A DNA stretch of 60,999 bases, the filler included, from Globobulimina sp. (Eukaryota): the NCBI GenBank assembly GCA_003354225.1. It is 13 parts of 13 records of this genome, joined end to end, with 100 filler letters (N's around TTAATTAATTAA, not from the genome) between each part and the next. Parts side by side here need not be neighbours in the genome. Positions count along the whole stretch, not along the records: positions 9,411 to 14,014 come from PIVH01001075.1; positions 14,115 to 18,718 come from PIVH01001076.1; positions 18,819 to 23,420 come from PIVH01001077.1; positions 23,521 to 28,119 come from PIVH01001078.1; 9 more parts are not named here. The stretch is one strand, 5' to 3'. The notes below the pieces were generated by a model. The model was not told where the DNA came from, ran no database searches, and saw nothing but the letters and a program-made list of their open reading frames with translations. Positions within the stretch are counted from its first letter, which is position 1. Every line of letters starts with the position of its first letter. This document shows positions 13,101 through 23,798 of this stretch, one piece after another. The translations under genes were made by a program, and so were the position numbers.

Positions 13101-13548
13101 CAGATTTGGTTGAAAATAATTTGTACATTGTTGTATGATAAATCATCAACTCGATAAATTGCGAAAGATTAACTTTTCCGCAATGTTTTATTTCAACAAA
13201 TTGCCGCATTGAAATCATTTCTTTGTTGGATAATTTGAGCAAACTGGACACTGTGCGATAATATGAATTTCGTAGTTGTTTTGATAATATCGTTCTTGGC
13301 GTAGATTCAGATAAACCACCCAATAAACTTGTTTTTGTTAACATTCTGCTCAATGATAACGATAATGCATTGTTTTCGTCATTGTCGTCATCATTACTTT
13401 TGAAACGCTTTGACAGCGAATTGTTTTCAATCGGAATAAACACTTTCCAATCCCTGTCGTTTTCAAGTAAACATGGCCTATCGTCCATTTCGCAGAGTAA
13501 CTTTTTTATGTTTGGTTTTTGTGTTTTAGTCATAGCTCTTTGTTTCAT
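10108..13548 (-). CDS. EF-hand plus WD40 repeat protein (WDR49/WDR64-like)
   Basis: LFELIDINSDCYITWSEFTSYL EF-hand followed by WD repeats (GHRG..SSADQCVTFWN, SASMDTKIGIWD, SAGEDSFILIWE). Confidence 0.8.
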   Translation of the reverse strand: MKQRAMTKTQKPNIKKLLCEMDDRPCLLENDRDWKVFIPIENNSLSKRFKSNDDDNDENNALSLSLSRMLTKTSLLGGLSESTPRTILSKQLRNSYYRTVSSLLKLSNKEMISMRQFVEIKHCGKVNLSQFIELMIYHTTMYKLFSTKSDLLYCISQLFELIDINSDCYITWSEFTSYLVNAAMGQMSQPKTNSDLPRYATSNTIDTTQHNNIVTRVRYLSSIDSLVAFEKNSRVLAIYSKDLKLKKVIHGHRGFLLDIVEIKDLKLIAISSADQCVTFWNINNWQQPARVWQMKFCSLSIEITGNTLFCGDSSGGINAYSIGSQGECKYKWNKHHNDCIMKLLYVENINILFSASMDTKIGIWDIIQCKNITVLGNGQHQFGVLHLQYDIERNLLFSAGEDSFILIWEIDIKYIDTDYPTITQNKYYWDHLKYSHKISPKILKNGIVNMEYMERCSELIVCDSESVFYIFKINSVYNVKCIQVWYAGNASVDNIINYSKNANDNNDENNNDKQRKNKKKVNLDQEPADWPSIHKIVSKYSKAKKYHKSAYLSNIETQNIYDFTLIENTKNVVCSKGLLCKFERLIYGKSNENNAIHIIATKINKNKFEIICVTTHTIFIFDLLTGKLLHYFHANIIDKNEENGSNIYDLNDLKQTNKENQLNFITACCFDKECKRIFLGTDTGKIGVFNVCNGTFLNLLSCRNINHRISIRNLRYCEISKKIVCTYCNGLVAIYNDDEIGDYSLLNEASDACEITAIAVNQNHEILAICDINENLNMFQINTSHQIQQSKYNNSTINSLQFIRNKKNEMLLISCDSMGIISIWYEKERKFKFGVALKYNLNKKMDIITNMPHKQENTASIYSITTMIYDEKRGVLFIGDDGGNLSKWDILSDTINNIKDPNLIKPPSLLGIKKNLHKNSIIGSELFDNNCYIITFSSDGKIKLCDTDTLDVDGIIVPDSTNNNNNNHNSFHLQWNVQLQSTQHFDQIKNHRLNTIIEEQQINDKLMDIEYIKKNNLFHLTQINEFKSVNNKIMTGVDTKYIPIHSKSKSSLTKCRSMINLNGYSAQHKTNKKNAFHNIKNRKKQKKKGMVRSKSSGWISLAPKQSMIDIDPCGQRTLSIGERVIVLDKEEADILQRLDDLLVNVK

Positions 13549-13781
13549 ACACTAGAATTGGCATTTACATACATTATGAATACACATTGACATAATTAAA
13601 CATATTTAAATTTAAAAATAATAATTTGACTTATCATGGTTCAGAAAGTGCCATCGATCAATAAAAACAACAATTCACTCAAACTATGCACACTATACAA
13701 TGGGAAAAAATAGATTGAAATTTAATTAATAATTTCATTATAAATAATAAAGAAAAAAGAAAAAAAAAGGGGGGTTTTAAT

Positions 13782-14014
13782 TTAAGTTAATTCAGTGTCT
13801 GATACACGCAATTCATAGTACATATGTCTACCAATTTTATTTTTTGCAACTTGTCTGCAACATCGTTGACAATGTTTATGACAACAATCGCAACAAATTT
13901 TATACGATTTTTCACTCCAATTAAATGTTAAATAAATACACAGCATTTCAATGAATGTGGCAGATATTTGTATAAAATACAATGGAACCATCAGATTGGT
14001 GATATCGTACGGAT
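13782..14014 (-). CDS. 3' end of an orphan multi-pass (7TM-like) membrane protein
   Basis: Hydrophobic helix then CIYLTF..Y..CC.CCH..C tail; frame open to the contig edge. Confidence 0.5.
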
Positions 14015-14114
14015 NNNNNNNNNNNNNNNNNNNNNNNNNNNNNNNNNNNNNNNNNNNNTTAATTAATTAANNNNNNNNNNNNNNNNNNNNNNNNNNNNNN
14101 NNNNNNNNNNNNNN

Positions 14115-16842
14115 TTCATGTGTATCGATTTAGATATTGAATATAATTTGACACACTGCAAATGCAAAAGACATCAAAACAATACTGAATACTGTCAGTA
14201 TACCTTTATTGAAAAGAACACCACAACAAAAATATATAGTACACATTATAATATTCGAGTGTATGATATTGATTTTTATTGTCAACAGACACCATCTCGA
14301 GTTTACAATTTATTACAACATTCATCAAAATTACTACCAGGTAAAAATGACAAAATAACAGTAAATGCATTACCTGTATATCAATTATTACAAAGTTCTT
14401 CAATTTATATAACACATGATTTAATTTTAAAATGTAACAATGATACAATATTCGGTAGACATCACTCACCAGCGGAATGGCGTAAACAATTAAAAAGCAA
14501 TTTCTCTGAAACATTGCTTGTCAACGTCAGCAAACATAATAATACAAGAAAGAAATTGCATGAAAAATTGCTTAAATTATCACCACGTGATATTAAAAAA
14601 GCTGTTGAATCTGAAATTATTAAGATGCATTATTTACAAGAATTATTTTATTTTTTATGGCTTAATGTTTGGCATCCTCACTCACAGGAATTTGACAAAT
14701 TAGTACTTAATTTGGGTTCACAAATTATAGGATTTGATTGGACATTTTCATTTGGCTCAAATATTTATGATAAATACGACAAGAATTCATTTAAAAATGT
14801 AATAAAAAATAAAGATGATCATCTATTTAGTGAATGTCAAGAGAATCCTCAAATGACAAGAAAAGATGATTACGAACATAAATATGCACCTAAACCTTTT
14901 ATACGGAAAAAAATAAGAAAAATAAATATTAGTTGGTTACTATGCCAGAGTGATTTAGGCTTTATTTACACAGCAACACCATGCCCTGGTACAGGTGAAG
15001 ATCATGAATATTTATTACCTATTCTATTTTATATTACAGAAATGTTATTTTTAAATTCAAAATTTGAACAGAAATTATTATTACTAATATCTGATGGTAT
15101 GGACAAAAATAAAAATTGCTCAGACAAAATACTAGAAGCATTATTTCAAAAATACAAGCATGGTGTAATTCATTCAAATGACAATACATTTACATATGAA
15201 TTAAATACATGGTATGAGAAATTATGGGTATGTATAATATCCAAATAAAAAAAAATAAAATAAAATAAAATAAAATAAAATAAAATAAAATAAAAATAAA
15301 ATAAAAAAAAAAGACTGCATTATGTGCCTGGCATAGACAACGTTTATGGTGGAAAAAGAAAGTTATTTTAAACTTTAATTTATGTCCAGAGAGTAAACAG
15401 GCTTACAGAGATAGGATAGATTTATCACATAAACAAGACAGAAAACATTCACCATTTATTAAAGGGGATCCACAATTATTGACAGTTTGCCAATATTTAC
15501 AAAAATATAAAAACTTTTATAATAATCAAAAAAAATTAGAAACATTATGTTTACATTTCGATTATATAAATATTCAACGATATGCAACTGTATCATCAAA
15601 TAATATATTAAAAAAAATGGAATATTATTCAAAAGATAATGCAGCAAAAAGAAGACAATGTGATAATAATATCGCACATGCAATAGAAAATATAATGAGT
15701 CAACAACTCAAAAGCTATTTTGCTATTTTATGTGGATTTGCCAAACCAGAACAATTTAAACAACAACAAGGAGGATCTTCCGTTGATTCAATTGAAAACA
15801 TTATAATATATTCTACCAAAAAAAAAATTGTTGAATATCTACCATTAGCAAAAGCACCTTCATCAGTAGTGAAATATTGGATCAGAAGATATGGAAACTT
15901 AGATATTCTAAATTTTGATAACGAAGGTTATTTAAATTTTAATGAGTTAAAAGCAGAATTTAACGGAGTGTGGGATTTCTATTCCAGAGAAAGGTATTTC
16001 CTAAATTATATCAAATATTTTTTTTTTAAATTAAATATTTAGTATATCAAATTAAAAAAATATAATTTTTTTTTTTTAAAAAAAAACTAAATATACCAAA
16101 TTAAAAAAAATAAGTACCAAATATTTTTTTTTGAAATTAATATTTTGTAAAAAATAAATATTAAATATAAACAAAATAAACAAAATTTAGATATATGCCG
16201 CTGCGTGATAAAATCAGTGAAAAACCTGCATTAGATTGTGGGAATGAGGCATGTACATCGCATCGAGCAATAGAATTAAATGATGAACATTTAAGGTTAT
16301 ATTTTAATTCTGGAAGATATCAGTGTAGAGTGAGACCTGGTAATTTAGAAACTGAACATAGTAATACAATTATAAAACATTGCGGATTTAAGAAGGGTAG
16401 ACAGTCTCTTAAATTAGCATATGTTCGTGCAACAATTATTAAATTATTAGTAAATTTCGAGAAATTTAATTTACATGAAAACCATATTTATCGTAAATCT
16501 TCATCAATTCATAATGAAATGGCAGAAATTATGTATAATATTCAAAATTTAAAATATTCAAAATCCAATTTGATATCAAATATTTATGTTCAAACTGACA
16601 AAATATCAACTTTTGTACAAAGACAGGTTCAAAAAGATAAACTGCGCTTTTCTTCAAAATGGGAGACCTGGGGTCCTGCCGAAAATATCACGATAATTGA
16701 ATATTTAGAAAAGCAACCTGATTCATGGACAATGAACGATAAAACTGTTCATGATATATGGAAACTTATGGGATGCAAACATAATTATAAAATCATCGAG
16801 AGTAAATGTTCAAAATACAGTTTACAAACTTTCACAAAGTAA
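14115..16842 (+). CDS. Putative DDE transposase (Mutator-like CxxH class), 5'-truncated; exons <14115-15227, 15314-15993, 16191-16842
   Basis: Two GT-AG introns join three ORFs in frame; motif order IGFDWTF (D1), LLISDG (D2), LCAWH (CxxH), NLETEHSNTIIK (E). Confidence 0.6.
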
Positions 16843-16960
16843 TTTATTTATTTAGTTTTGTAATTTAATATTCTTAATTTCAAGGATCCTTGAAACTTTT
16901 TTTTTTTATGAAACATTTTCTATTTTATTTAAAAAACAAAAAAAAAAATAAAAAAAAAAG

Positions 16961-18169
16961 TTGTTTACTTTAAAACTTAAACTCACATTCACTCACTTCC
17001 TTTCTCTAGTTACCGTTAAACAGAATATGGAAAAACATGCACAAAAATTCAATGAAGATATTGAGATCATTTGTAAATGGACAGTTTCATATTTTTTACA
17101 ATGGCAAAAAATTTGTTTAAAAAGTTGTACAAAAAGAAATAATAATCATGTAGCATTTCTATTCATAGATAATGATGGTTTATATATTACAAAGTATTTT
17201 GTAAATTCTAAACGTAACGCGTGTTTAATACCAAATAATGTAATAAATTATAATGACGTAAAATTTATATTAGTCATCGAATTCATGCGTTCTACTTTTT
17301 ATATGGACTCGAATTTTCAAGATTTTTCTTTTAATGATATTTTACAATATAATCTACGTCAAATAGTACAGAAAGAATTTAACACATTTACATCAAATAT
17401 ATTATATATCAAAAAAAAAACAACAAAATTAGTATTAGTAACTGAAACCAATGCATTATGCCATCCCATCTCAGAGCATTTTTTGTCATTTTGCTCAAAG
17501 AAATCAATTATTAAATTTGAAAATATCACTCGCGAAATGAAGAATAATTATTTTACGTATATTTTAATTTTATTAAATTATAGATATTGTACATCCGCAC
17601 ATTTACTTATAGATAATCATAACAATCAGCAATATATTAGTAATATTATACCAGAGGACTCTCAGTGTTTAATGATAAACTTATATATCAAATGTGAAGT
17701 TGACGTGCCTTTAAACTATTACAGTAAATTACAGACTAAAAAAGCTATAACCAACAAACAATTAATCATTAACATTCCACAAACACATAAAAATCAAGAA
17801 GCTTTAAAAGAAATCATATTTGACTCTAGACATTATTTAGATTTACAAATTTGGCAAATTGCTCAAAATATTCCAGATATTAAGATTTTATCTTATATGG
17901 CTCAAAATAATCACCATTTTCCAATTTACAATACATTTTCAAAATATTCTTCTTTTGCCATTTATGATACATTTTCAATTTATAATCCTAGAGAATCCAA
18001 ATCGTATCATTATCTCAAATTCCCTGTCACATTATCGTTCAATTTTCCTGCAATATTTTTACCAAATTCAGATCTTGTATTTGGATATATTAGAGATGTA
18101 TGTATTAATATCAAATTTGATGAAATGTTACCAAATCCTTTAATTTCTCTTATCTATATTTTTATATAA
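16961..18169 (+). CDS. Hypothetical protein, possible accessory ORF of the transposon (first ATG about 17027)
   Basis: About 400-codon ORF in very AT-rich DNA; no recognised motif. Confidence 0.55.
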   Translation: MFTLKLKLTFTHFLSLVTVKQNMEKHAQKFNEDIEIICKWTVSYFLQWQKICLKSCTKRNNNHVAFLFIDNDGLYITKYFVNSKRNACLIPNNVINYNDVKFILVIEFMRSTFYMDSNFQDFSFNDILQYNLRQIVQKEFNTFTSNILYIKKKTTKLVLVTETNALCHPISEHFLSFCSKKSIIKFENITREMKNNYFTYILILLNYRYCTSAHLLIDNHNNQQYISNIIPEDSQCLMINLYIKCEVDVPLNYYSKLQTKKAITNKQLIINIPQTHKNQEALKEIIFDSRHYLDLQIWQIAQNIPDIKILSYMAQNNHHFPIYNTFSKYSSFAIYDTFSIYNPRESKSYHYLKFPVTLSFNFPAIFLPNSDLVFGYIRDVCINIKFDEMLPNPLISLIYIFI

Positions 18170-18332
18170 TTTTTTTTTAAAGTTGATAAGTAGTTTTTTT
18201 TTTTTTTAAAATAAATATATATATATAAGCAGATATTTTGTTTTTTAAAAAAAATATTTGTTGGTTGATGTTGATCAATATTTATGTTTTTTTTTGTTGG
18301 TTGACTGATGTATAAGTAAAATGAGATCTATC

Positions 18333-18605
18333 GTAAATCGAGTAAAATGAGTAAATCGACAAAGTAAATCGAGTAAAACGACAAAGTAAAACGACAAAAA
18401 ATGATGACGTAAAACGACAAAGTAAAACGACATAGACTAATTTGAACATTACGTAAATCGAGTAAATCGACGTAAATCGAGTAAATCGACGTAAAACCAC
18501 AATGAGTAAATCGAGTAAAATGAGTAAATCGAGTAAAATGATATGCCTTGGTCGTTTTACGTGGTTTTACGTGGTTTTACGTGGTTTTACGTCGTCGTTT
18601 TACGT
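18333..18605. repeat. Array of GTAAATCGA / GTAAAACGAC / GTAAAATGA units followed by inverted units (GTCGTTTTAC, GTGGTTTTAC)
   Basis: Directly visible; units after about 18550 are reverse complements of earlier GTAAAACGAC/GTAAAACCAC units. Confidence 0.9.
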
Positions 18606-18963
18606 GAGCTTCTTGTCGTTTCAGTGCAAAATCACGCCTAGCCTCGAAAAATTATTGGCATTATTTCACTTCATTGCATCTAATAAAACAACTGTTGAAC
18701 ATGTGCTACGCATCGCACNNNNNNNNNNNNNNNNNNNNNNNNNNNNNNNNNNNNNNNNNNNNTTAATTAATTAANNNNNNNNNNNNNNNNNNNNNNNNNN
18801 NNNNNNNNNNNNNNNNNNGCGGTCCTCATGCACACTTTCATTAATAAAATTCACTTTTGAAACATCGTACGTTACTCAGTAATCATGGCACACATTTAAA
18901 TACTAATAATTACAAAAGAAAATATTGAATAGCATTCAATACCTTCCATATTTTTGTTGCTTT

Positions 18964-20783
18964 TCATTTAATATCACCACCTTCAGTAATCTCAGTAGCA
19001 TTCACTTCATCAATAATATCTTTATCATATGCTATACCTTCCATACTTTCCTCATTGTCGTCAATAATGAATTTATTTTGGCCATGGCCGCTAGTTTCAA
19101 TGTGTTCATCTTCATCATCTCCATAAACAATAAATTCATCATTAATATTAATATTGTTTTTTTGACTCACATTGTCTGCATAATTTGCTGTTATATCACC
19201 ACCAATAACAACAACCTCACCAATGTCATTGGTATCCTTCGAATTGTGTGTTGCATCAACTTCTGTTGATGCACTCACAGCTCTCTTAAACTCATTCCTT
19301 TCATTTGTGAGTTGAATATTTACAGATATGTTTCTTTCGTTCTTCACTCTATTTTTATATTTGACAGCAACAAAAAACGATACTGTCATGATACAACAAC
19401 ACAATCCAATGCTTACTGATATTATAATTACATGCAAATATTTTTCAGTTCCTCCGGATCCATTAACTGCTTTATTCTCGTCACCACGAACAAAAACAGT
19501 TGCTTTTATTATACACAATTACATATAAAACAGGCAAATAAAGTGCATAACACAAAACTTTCTGTTACAACAGCTTCAATAGCACCAACACTTGGCAACA
19601 ATGTTGGGTTTATAGAAGGGATAATTGTAGGCATATTTGTTGGATACGATGTTGGATTCAATGTTGGATTCAATGTTGGATACGATGTTGGATACGATGT
19701 TGGATTGGATGTGGTCGGATTTGCAGTTGTTGGACTTAATGTTGTTGGAGCATCAGTTTTTGGTATATTGGTAGTTGGCGATGTAGAATATACAATGACA
19801 CGACAACTGTACATATATGTATATACAGAATATGCAGTTTATATTTGTCAATTAAAAATTAAATATACGTATATACACTACCAAATAGCAACAGCCCAAA
19901 TAGTTTCTGTACCCTCACTACCCTGCCATGCTTTGTTGGGCAACTTACAGTGATGGTTTTGAATGTACCATTGATTGCTGCTGGACCATTCTGAATATGA
20001 TGAGCATGATGTCATTGTATATGGAAATGGACATGTTATATCAGAATAGTCTCCAGTATTGGAACCAGATTCCATTCCCCAAATTGACTTACATTCAATA
20101 GAAACATTCAATTGATTTGAATGTGATCTGCAACATGTTCCTTTAGCGACGATACCTCCTTCAAAACATATGCTGTTTTGTTCAGTATTTGCAAGTACAA
20201 ATGTAACCAACTTACCTGACGGAGGTACGTACCCATTCAATGCGTTGCAGGTTTCATCAGTATTGAACAATAAACCTGATATAATATCGGTGTTTGAGCT
20301 ATGATCAGCGCCAGAATAAGAAGCGTCGATCAAATCCTCGGTGTTTACATTTTTGAATGGTCCACAACCCATCAATGTCGAACCTGGTTCTTCAGTAAGA
20401 CATGAAACAGAGACCAATGCTGCATCATGGTTTGCAGATACTTGTGAGTCATATGTTGTGCATGAAATATTATATAATGAGAGATCACAGCATCGAGCAT
20501 ATGCAATAGTGTTATCCATAGAGCCTGCATTGATAGCAACACATGTCGCATTGTAGTTTGTTGCATATGCACCATGCATTCTGGCATAGGTAGATGATGC
20601 TTCATATTCGGATTTGACTCCGCATGAAACTAATGTTGAATGCATTGATGGACATGAGGCCATAGATATAGAATCAGTTGCAGCTGTTGATGGAATTCCT
20701 GCAATGGTTACGCAATCCAGTGCATGGTTGATATGAAAATAAATTACAATCAAAACCCGCAGGTAATCATAATTTGAACCCAT
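18964..20783 (-). CDS. Type I surface protein: three Cys-rich modules resembling the PCSK9 C-terminal (resistin-like) domain, PTxxPT stalk, TM and acidic tail; introns about 20215-20159, 19881-19807, 19558-19503
   Basis: Modules end IAYARCC, AKGTCC and (spliced) AVAICCR; splice phases are compatible; PTSYPT repeats. Confidence 0.7.
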
Positions 20784-20835
20784 GTTTAAAAAATAAAACT
20801 TTCAAGTAAGTTTAATTTAGATTTTCTCAATTATA

Positions 20836-21843
20836 ATGGCATTGTCATCAGCCCATACAGCGTTAGTAGTAAATGGAGTATTTTCGGTTGGTTTCTTAGT
20901 ATTAAGCATCTTATTAACGATATACCATATAGCCACCACATATGCTTCAACAAAACATTTATGTGGCACAAAATTCTTACACAAACATCCATCGATGATG
21001 TTGTCGTATTTATTAGTATTTGTAGCATGTTTAAGTGGTATTAGTTTAACAATGGACAGTGTGGTTATCACTCATTTATGCGCAGCAGCACAATATTATG
21101 GCCCTTCATTATATTCGATATTCAAAACCATTGTGTATTTGATATTATGCATCCGCATTTACATCACCTTTAAAGATTCCATGTACGCATATAACGTCCG
21201 ACGGTTAATAGCATGGTCAGTGTTGTTAACAGTGTGGACATTTTTTAATGTGATTGCCGGCAATTTAACGGTCGAATCACAGATCAAAAAAGAAGAGAAA
21301 AACACCAAATGTTTAGTAACACCTTCGTTTATATATATTGTATCGCAGGCTTTATTAGATCTGACCTCTGGCGTTGTTAACTGCATTTTATTCGTACGGC
21401 CCATCTGTAAATTATACGCGTTGAGTGGCGATAATATAAAAATTAAAAAAATTGCATATAAACAATGTATTTTATCATTAACTGCAATCTTATCGAGCAT
21501 AATAGCAATGGCCGGTGTTGGTGCATTCAGTAATATCGTTCCGGTTTTTGTATCATCGGATATGTTGATATCGACATTGTGCGTGATATTAATGTATCGG
21601 TGGAATGCACGTATCACTGAAACCATTTGTCGCTGTTGTATGCCAAACGAAGATATTGCACAAATGGAGAATGTGATAAATGCAGCGGCAGCAAATGGAT
21701 CACAGACTGACGGAAATGGCATAAATAAATATAATGTGCATAATATTGGTCTTTCTAAAACAGTGGCAAGTGATACCACGACAGCTGTGCCGCAACCAAC
21801 CGATGAAAGTAAAGTTGTCGAGGATACTGTCATATCGATATAA
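20836..21843 (+). CDS. Orphan 7TM (GPCR-like) membrane protein
   Basis: Seven hydrophobic segments and Cys-rich juxtamembrane tail; shares motifs with the 30373-31423 gene. Confidence 0.7.
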   Translation: MALSSAHTALVVNGVFSVGFLVLSILLTIYHIATTYASTKHLCGTKFLHKHPSMMLSYLLVFVACLSGISLTMDSVVITHLCAAAQYYGPSLYSIFKTIVYLILCIRIYITFKDSMYAYNVRRLIAWSVLLTVWTFFNVIAGNLTVESQIKKEEKNTKCLVTPSFIYIVSQALLDLTSGVVNCILFVRPICKLYALSGDNIKIKKIAYKQCILSLTAILSSIIAMAGVGAFSNIVPVFVSSDMLISTLCVILMYRWNARITETICRCCMPNEDIAQMENVINAAAANGSQTDGNGINKYNVHNIGLSKTVASDTTTAVPQPTDESKVVEDTVISI

Positions 21844-22154
21844 ATACATCTTAAATATTTTAAATTAAATCTCCCCTCCTTTTTTTATGTTTTTTACGAA
21901 TTGTTTTTTTTATATATTATTTTGTTTAGTGTGTTTTAACACTGTTTTTATTTTAGTGTCTTTTAACCACTCTGTTTTTTATGATCGAGTATATTTTGTG
22001 AATGTTCTTTTTTATTCAATATCTGGAGGCTGGGCAATCTGATTAGTTTCTAAATAGTTACCACATTTTCGTTTTTGTTTTGAAATAGTAGCTACTTTGA
22101 AGAAGTTTTGAAGAAACAATTTAAAATCCTATAGAGATTTACATACAGTGCAAG

Positions 22155-22221
22155 GATAATGTATACAATTTCAAAAGAAAAGTGTTTCAAACCGGTCCTA
22201 TTCTAAAGTATTTGAATTTTT
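22155..22221. repeat. Dispersed intergenic repeat, copy 1 (copy 2 at 26324-26391)
   Basis: Collinear blocks GATAATGTATACA-N-TTTCAAA..TGTTTCAAA..TTCTAAAGTA..TTTT on two different contigs. Confidence 0.7.
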
Positions 22222-22557
22222 AGGTTCACCCTTTTAAACACTTCTTTTGTGATTGACTAAGTTTTTTAAAGCTGCGCCTACATTAGGCTACATTTATGGG
22301 CAGCGCCATGTTTTCAACTTTATTTAGATAATGTCGGTGACTGTTTGTTTTCCCCTTTACTTTGGGTAAACAAAAAGGTCGCAAAATCGAAACGTTTCTG
22401 TCAATTTTCAGTGTTCAAAATATCAATCCGTAATCGGGAACGTGTAACGAACAGTCAGAGGTCAACAAAAAAGAATTCAAAACGAATAAAACCATAAAAA
22501 GTGCATAACAATTAACAATCGTCAATCGAGTAGGAGGAAATATAGTAAATGTTTATT

Positions 22558-23130
22558 TCAATAAATGAAAGGTATCAATTTATATTTAACCGCATTCATA
22601 TATTCATCATATCCATCAACGTTTTTTTTTAAGAATGCTTCTTCGGAGGGACATATTTTAACAATTAAAACAATTGGAAGCAAAGCAGAAAATAAAGAAG
22701 CAGCATTCTGACAAAATAACAATGTGCCACCAAACATAAAAACAGCCGATAAATATCCAGGATGACGAATAATGGAATAAACAGATTCTTTATAAATTGT
22801 ATGATTTGGTTTAATTGAAATAGAAAATGTATAATGGTTTTTTAATAAATATCTGCAATAACATTGTAGACAGCAACCAAATATCAACGATGCAAATCCA
22901 ATGATTTCCCATTTTGATAGTGGATTAGCAGTAGCTCCATAATATATATTTGTTGCGAACCATTGAATATAGGGAAGGAGCGTCAAAGCAAATGTTCCCA
23001 ATAACGGTGGTGTAGTTCCAGGCAACACTTTTACGCTTTTATCTTTTGGTGGAATACCTTCTGTGAGAAATAATGATAAACATGCAATAACACCCCATAT
23101 TGTCCGATGAAACACCATTTCAAGTGCCAT
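22558..23130 (-). CDS. Isoprenylcysteine carboxyl methyltransferase / PEMT family membrane methyltransferase
   Basis: L.NHYT.SI..H....SVYSIIRHPGYL, EEAFL and YDEYM..V.YKLIPFIY motifs. Confidence 0.85.
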   Translation of the reverse strand: MALEMVFHRTIWGVIACLSLFLTEGIPPKDKSVKVLPGTTPPLLGTFALTLLPYIQWFATNIYYGATANPLSKWEIIGFASLIFGCCLQCYCRYLLKNHYTFSISIKPNHTIYKESVYSIIRHPGYLSAVFMFGGTLLFCQNAASLFSALLPIVLIVKICPSEEAFLKKNVDGYDEYMNAVKYKLIPFIY

Positions 23131-23224
23131 GTTTCGGTTATAAAATTCAGTAAAAACCTCTACAAACTAACTAAATCCAACTAACTTCAAATTTCCAAAC
23201 CAATAATCTAATCGGGAAGGCATA

Positions 23225-23420
23225 ATGATAACGAAAGCATCTTCGACTGGTTCATACTCCATAAACTCGGAACGGAGTGCAATGTCCAATATGAAAGATG
23301 GAAAGCCAACGTTCAGCAATAGATGGGGATATATTGCATTTATAGGATTATTATATCAAATTTCATTAGGGCTATTGTGGACGTATGGCAATATTTTACC
23401 ATATATCGCATCATACATAG
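23225..23420 (+). CDS. MFS transporter (oxalate:formate antiporter-like), 5' fragment
   Basis: First TM followed by LGLLWTYGNILPYIASY; truncated by the contig end. Confidence 0.6.
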
Positions 23421-23520
23421 NNNNNNNNNNNNNNNNNNNNNNNNNNNNNNNNNNNNNNNNNNNNTTAATTAATTAANNNNNNNNNNNNNNNNNNNNNNNN
23501 NNNNNNNNNNNNNNNNNNNN

Positions 23521-23798
23521 GGAAAGCTCAAATTTCTGGCGATTATGGAGGTCAAAATATGCTTGATTACTTAAGTGCAATAGATACTTTTAAAATGAAA
23601 CCATATATTGATGAAGAAAGATTAGGAGCTGTTGGAGCAAGCTATGGAGGTTATTCTGTTTTTTGGTTAGCAGGTATTCATGAAGGAAGATTTAAAGCCT
23701 TTATATCGCATTGTGGAATTTATAATTTTGAAAGTATGTATACATCTACTGAAGAAATGTTTTTTGTAAATTATGATTATGGCGGAGCATATTGGAAG
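23521..23798 (+). CDS. Fragment of a bacterial-type S9 peptidase (DPP5/acylaminoacyl peptidase-like)
   Basis: QISGDYGGQNMLDYLSAID..YIDEERLGAVGASYGGYSVFWLAG.H..RFKAFISHCG..EEMFF, with a GxSxGG nucleophile elbow. Confidence 0.85.

Larger units (their letters stand above)
14115..18626 (+). mobile_element. Putative DNA transposon, right-hand part: transposase, orphan ORF2 and repeat-rich terminus
   Basis: Transposase motifs, co-oriented second ORF, more extreme AT content than the other contigs, array of direct and inverted 9-10-mers at 18333-18605; the right boundary is inferred. Confidence 0.5.

Noticed and set aside
15245-15312. (AAAAT)n as a retroelement tail
   Set aside because: Lies inside a predicted intron that restores the reading frame
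18333-18605. CRISPR-like array or telomere
   Set aside because: Units are 9-10 bp, degenerate, lack unique spacers and occur in both orientations
19620-19760. GTTGGATACGAT-type tandem repeats as a DNA element; antisense ORF 19432-19953
   Set aside because: They encode the PTxxPT stalk on the minus strand
21159-21833. Long antisense ORFs (also 5807-6319, 39343-39726, 43804-44265, 59536-59892)
   Set aside because: Shadows of well-supported genes on the opposite strand
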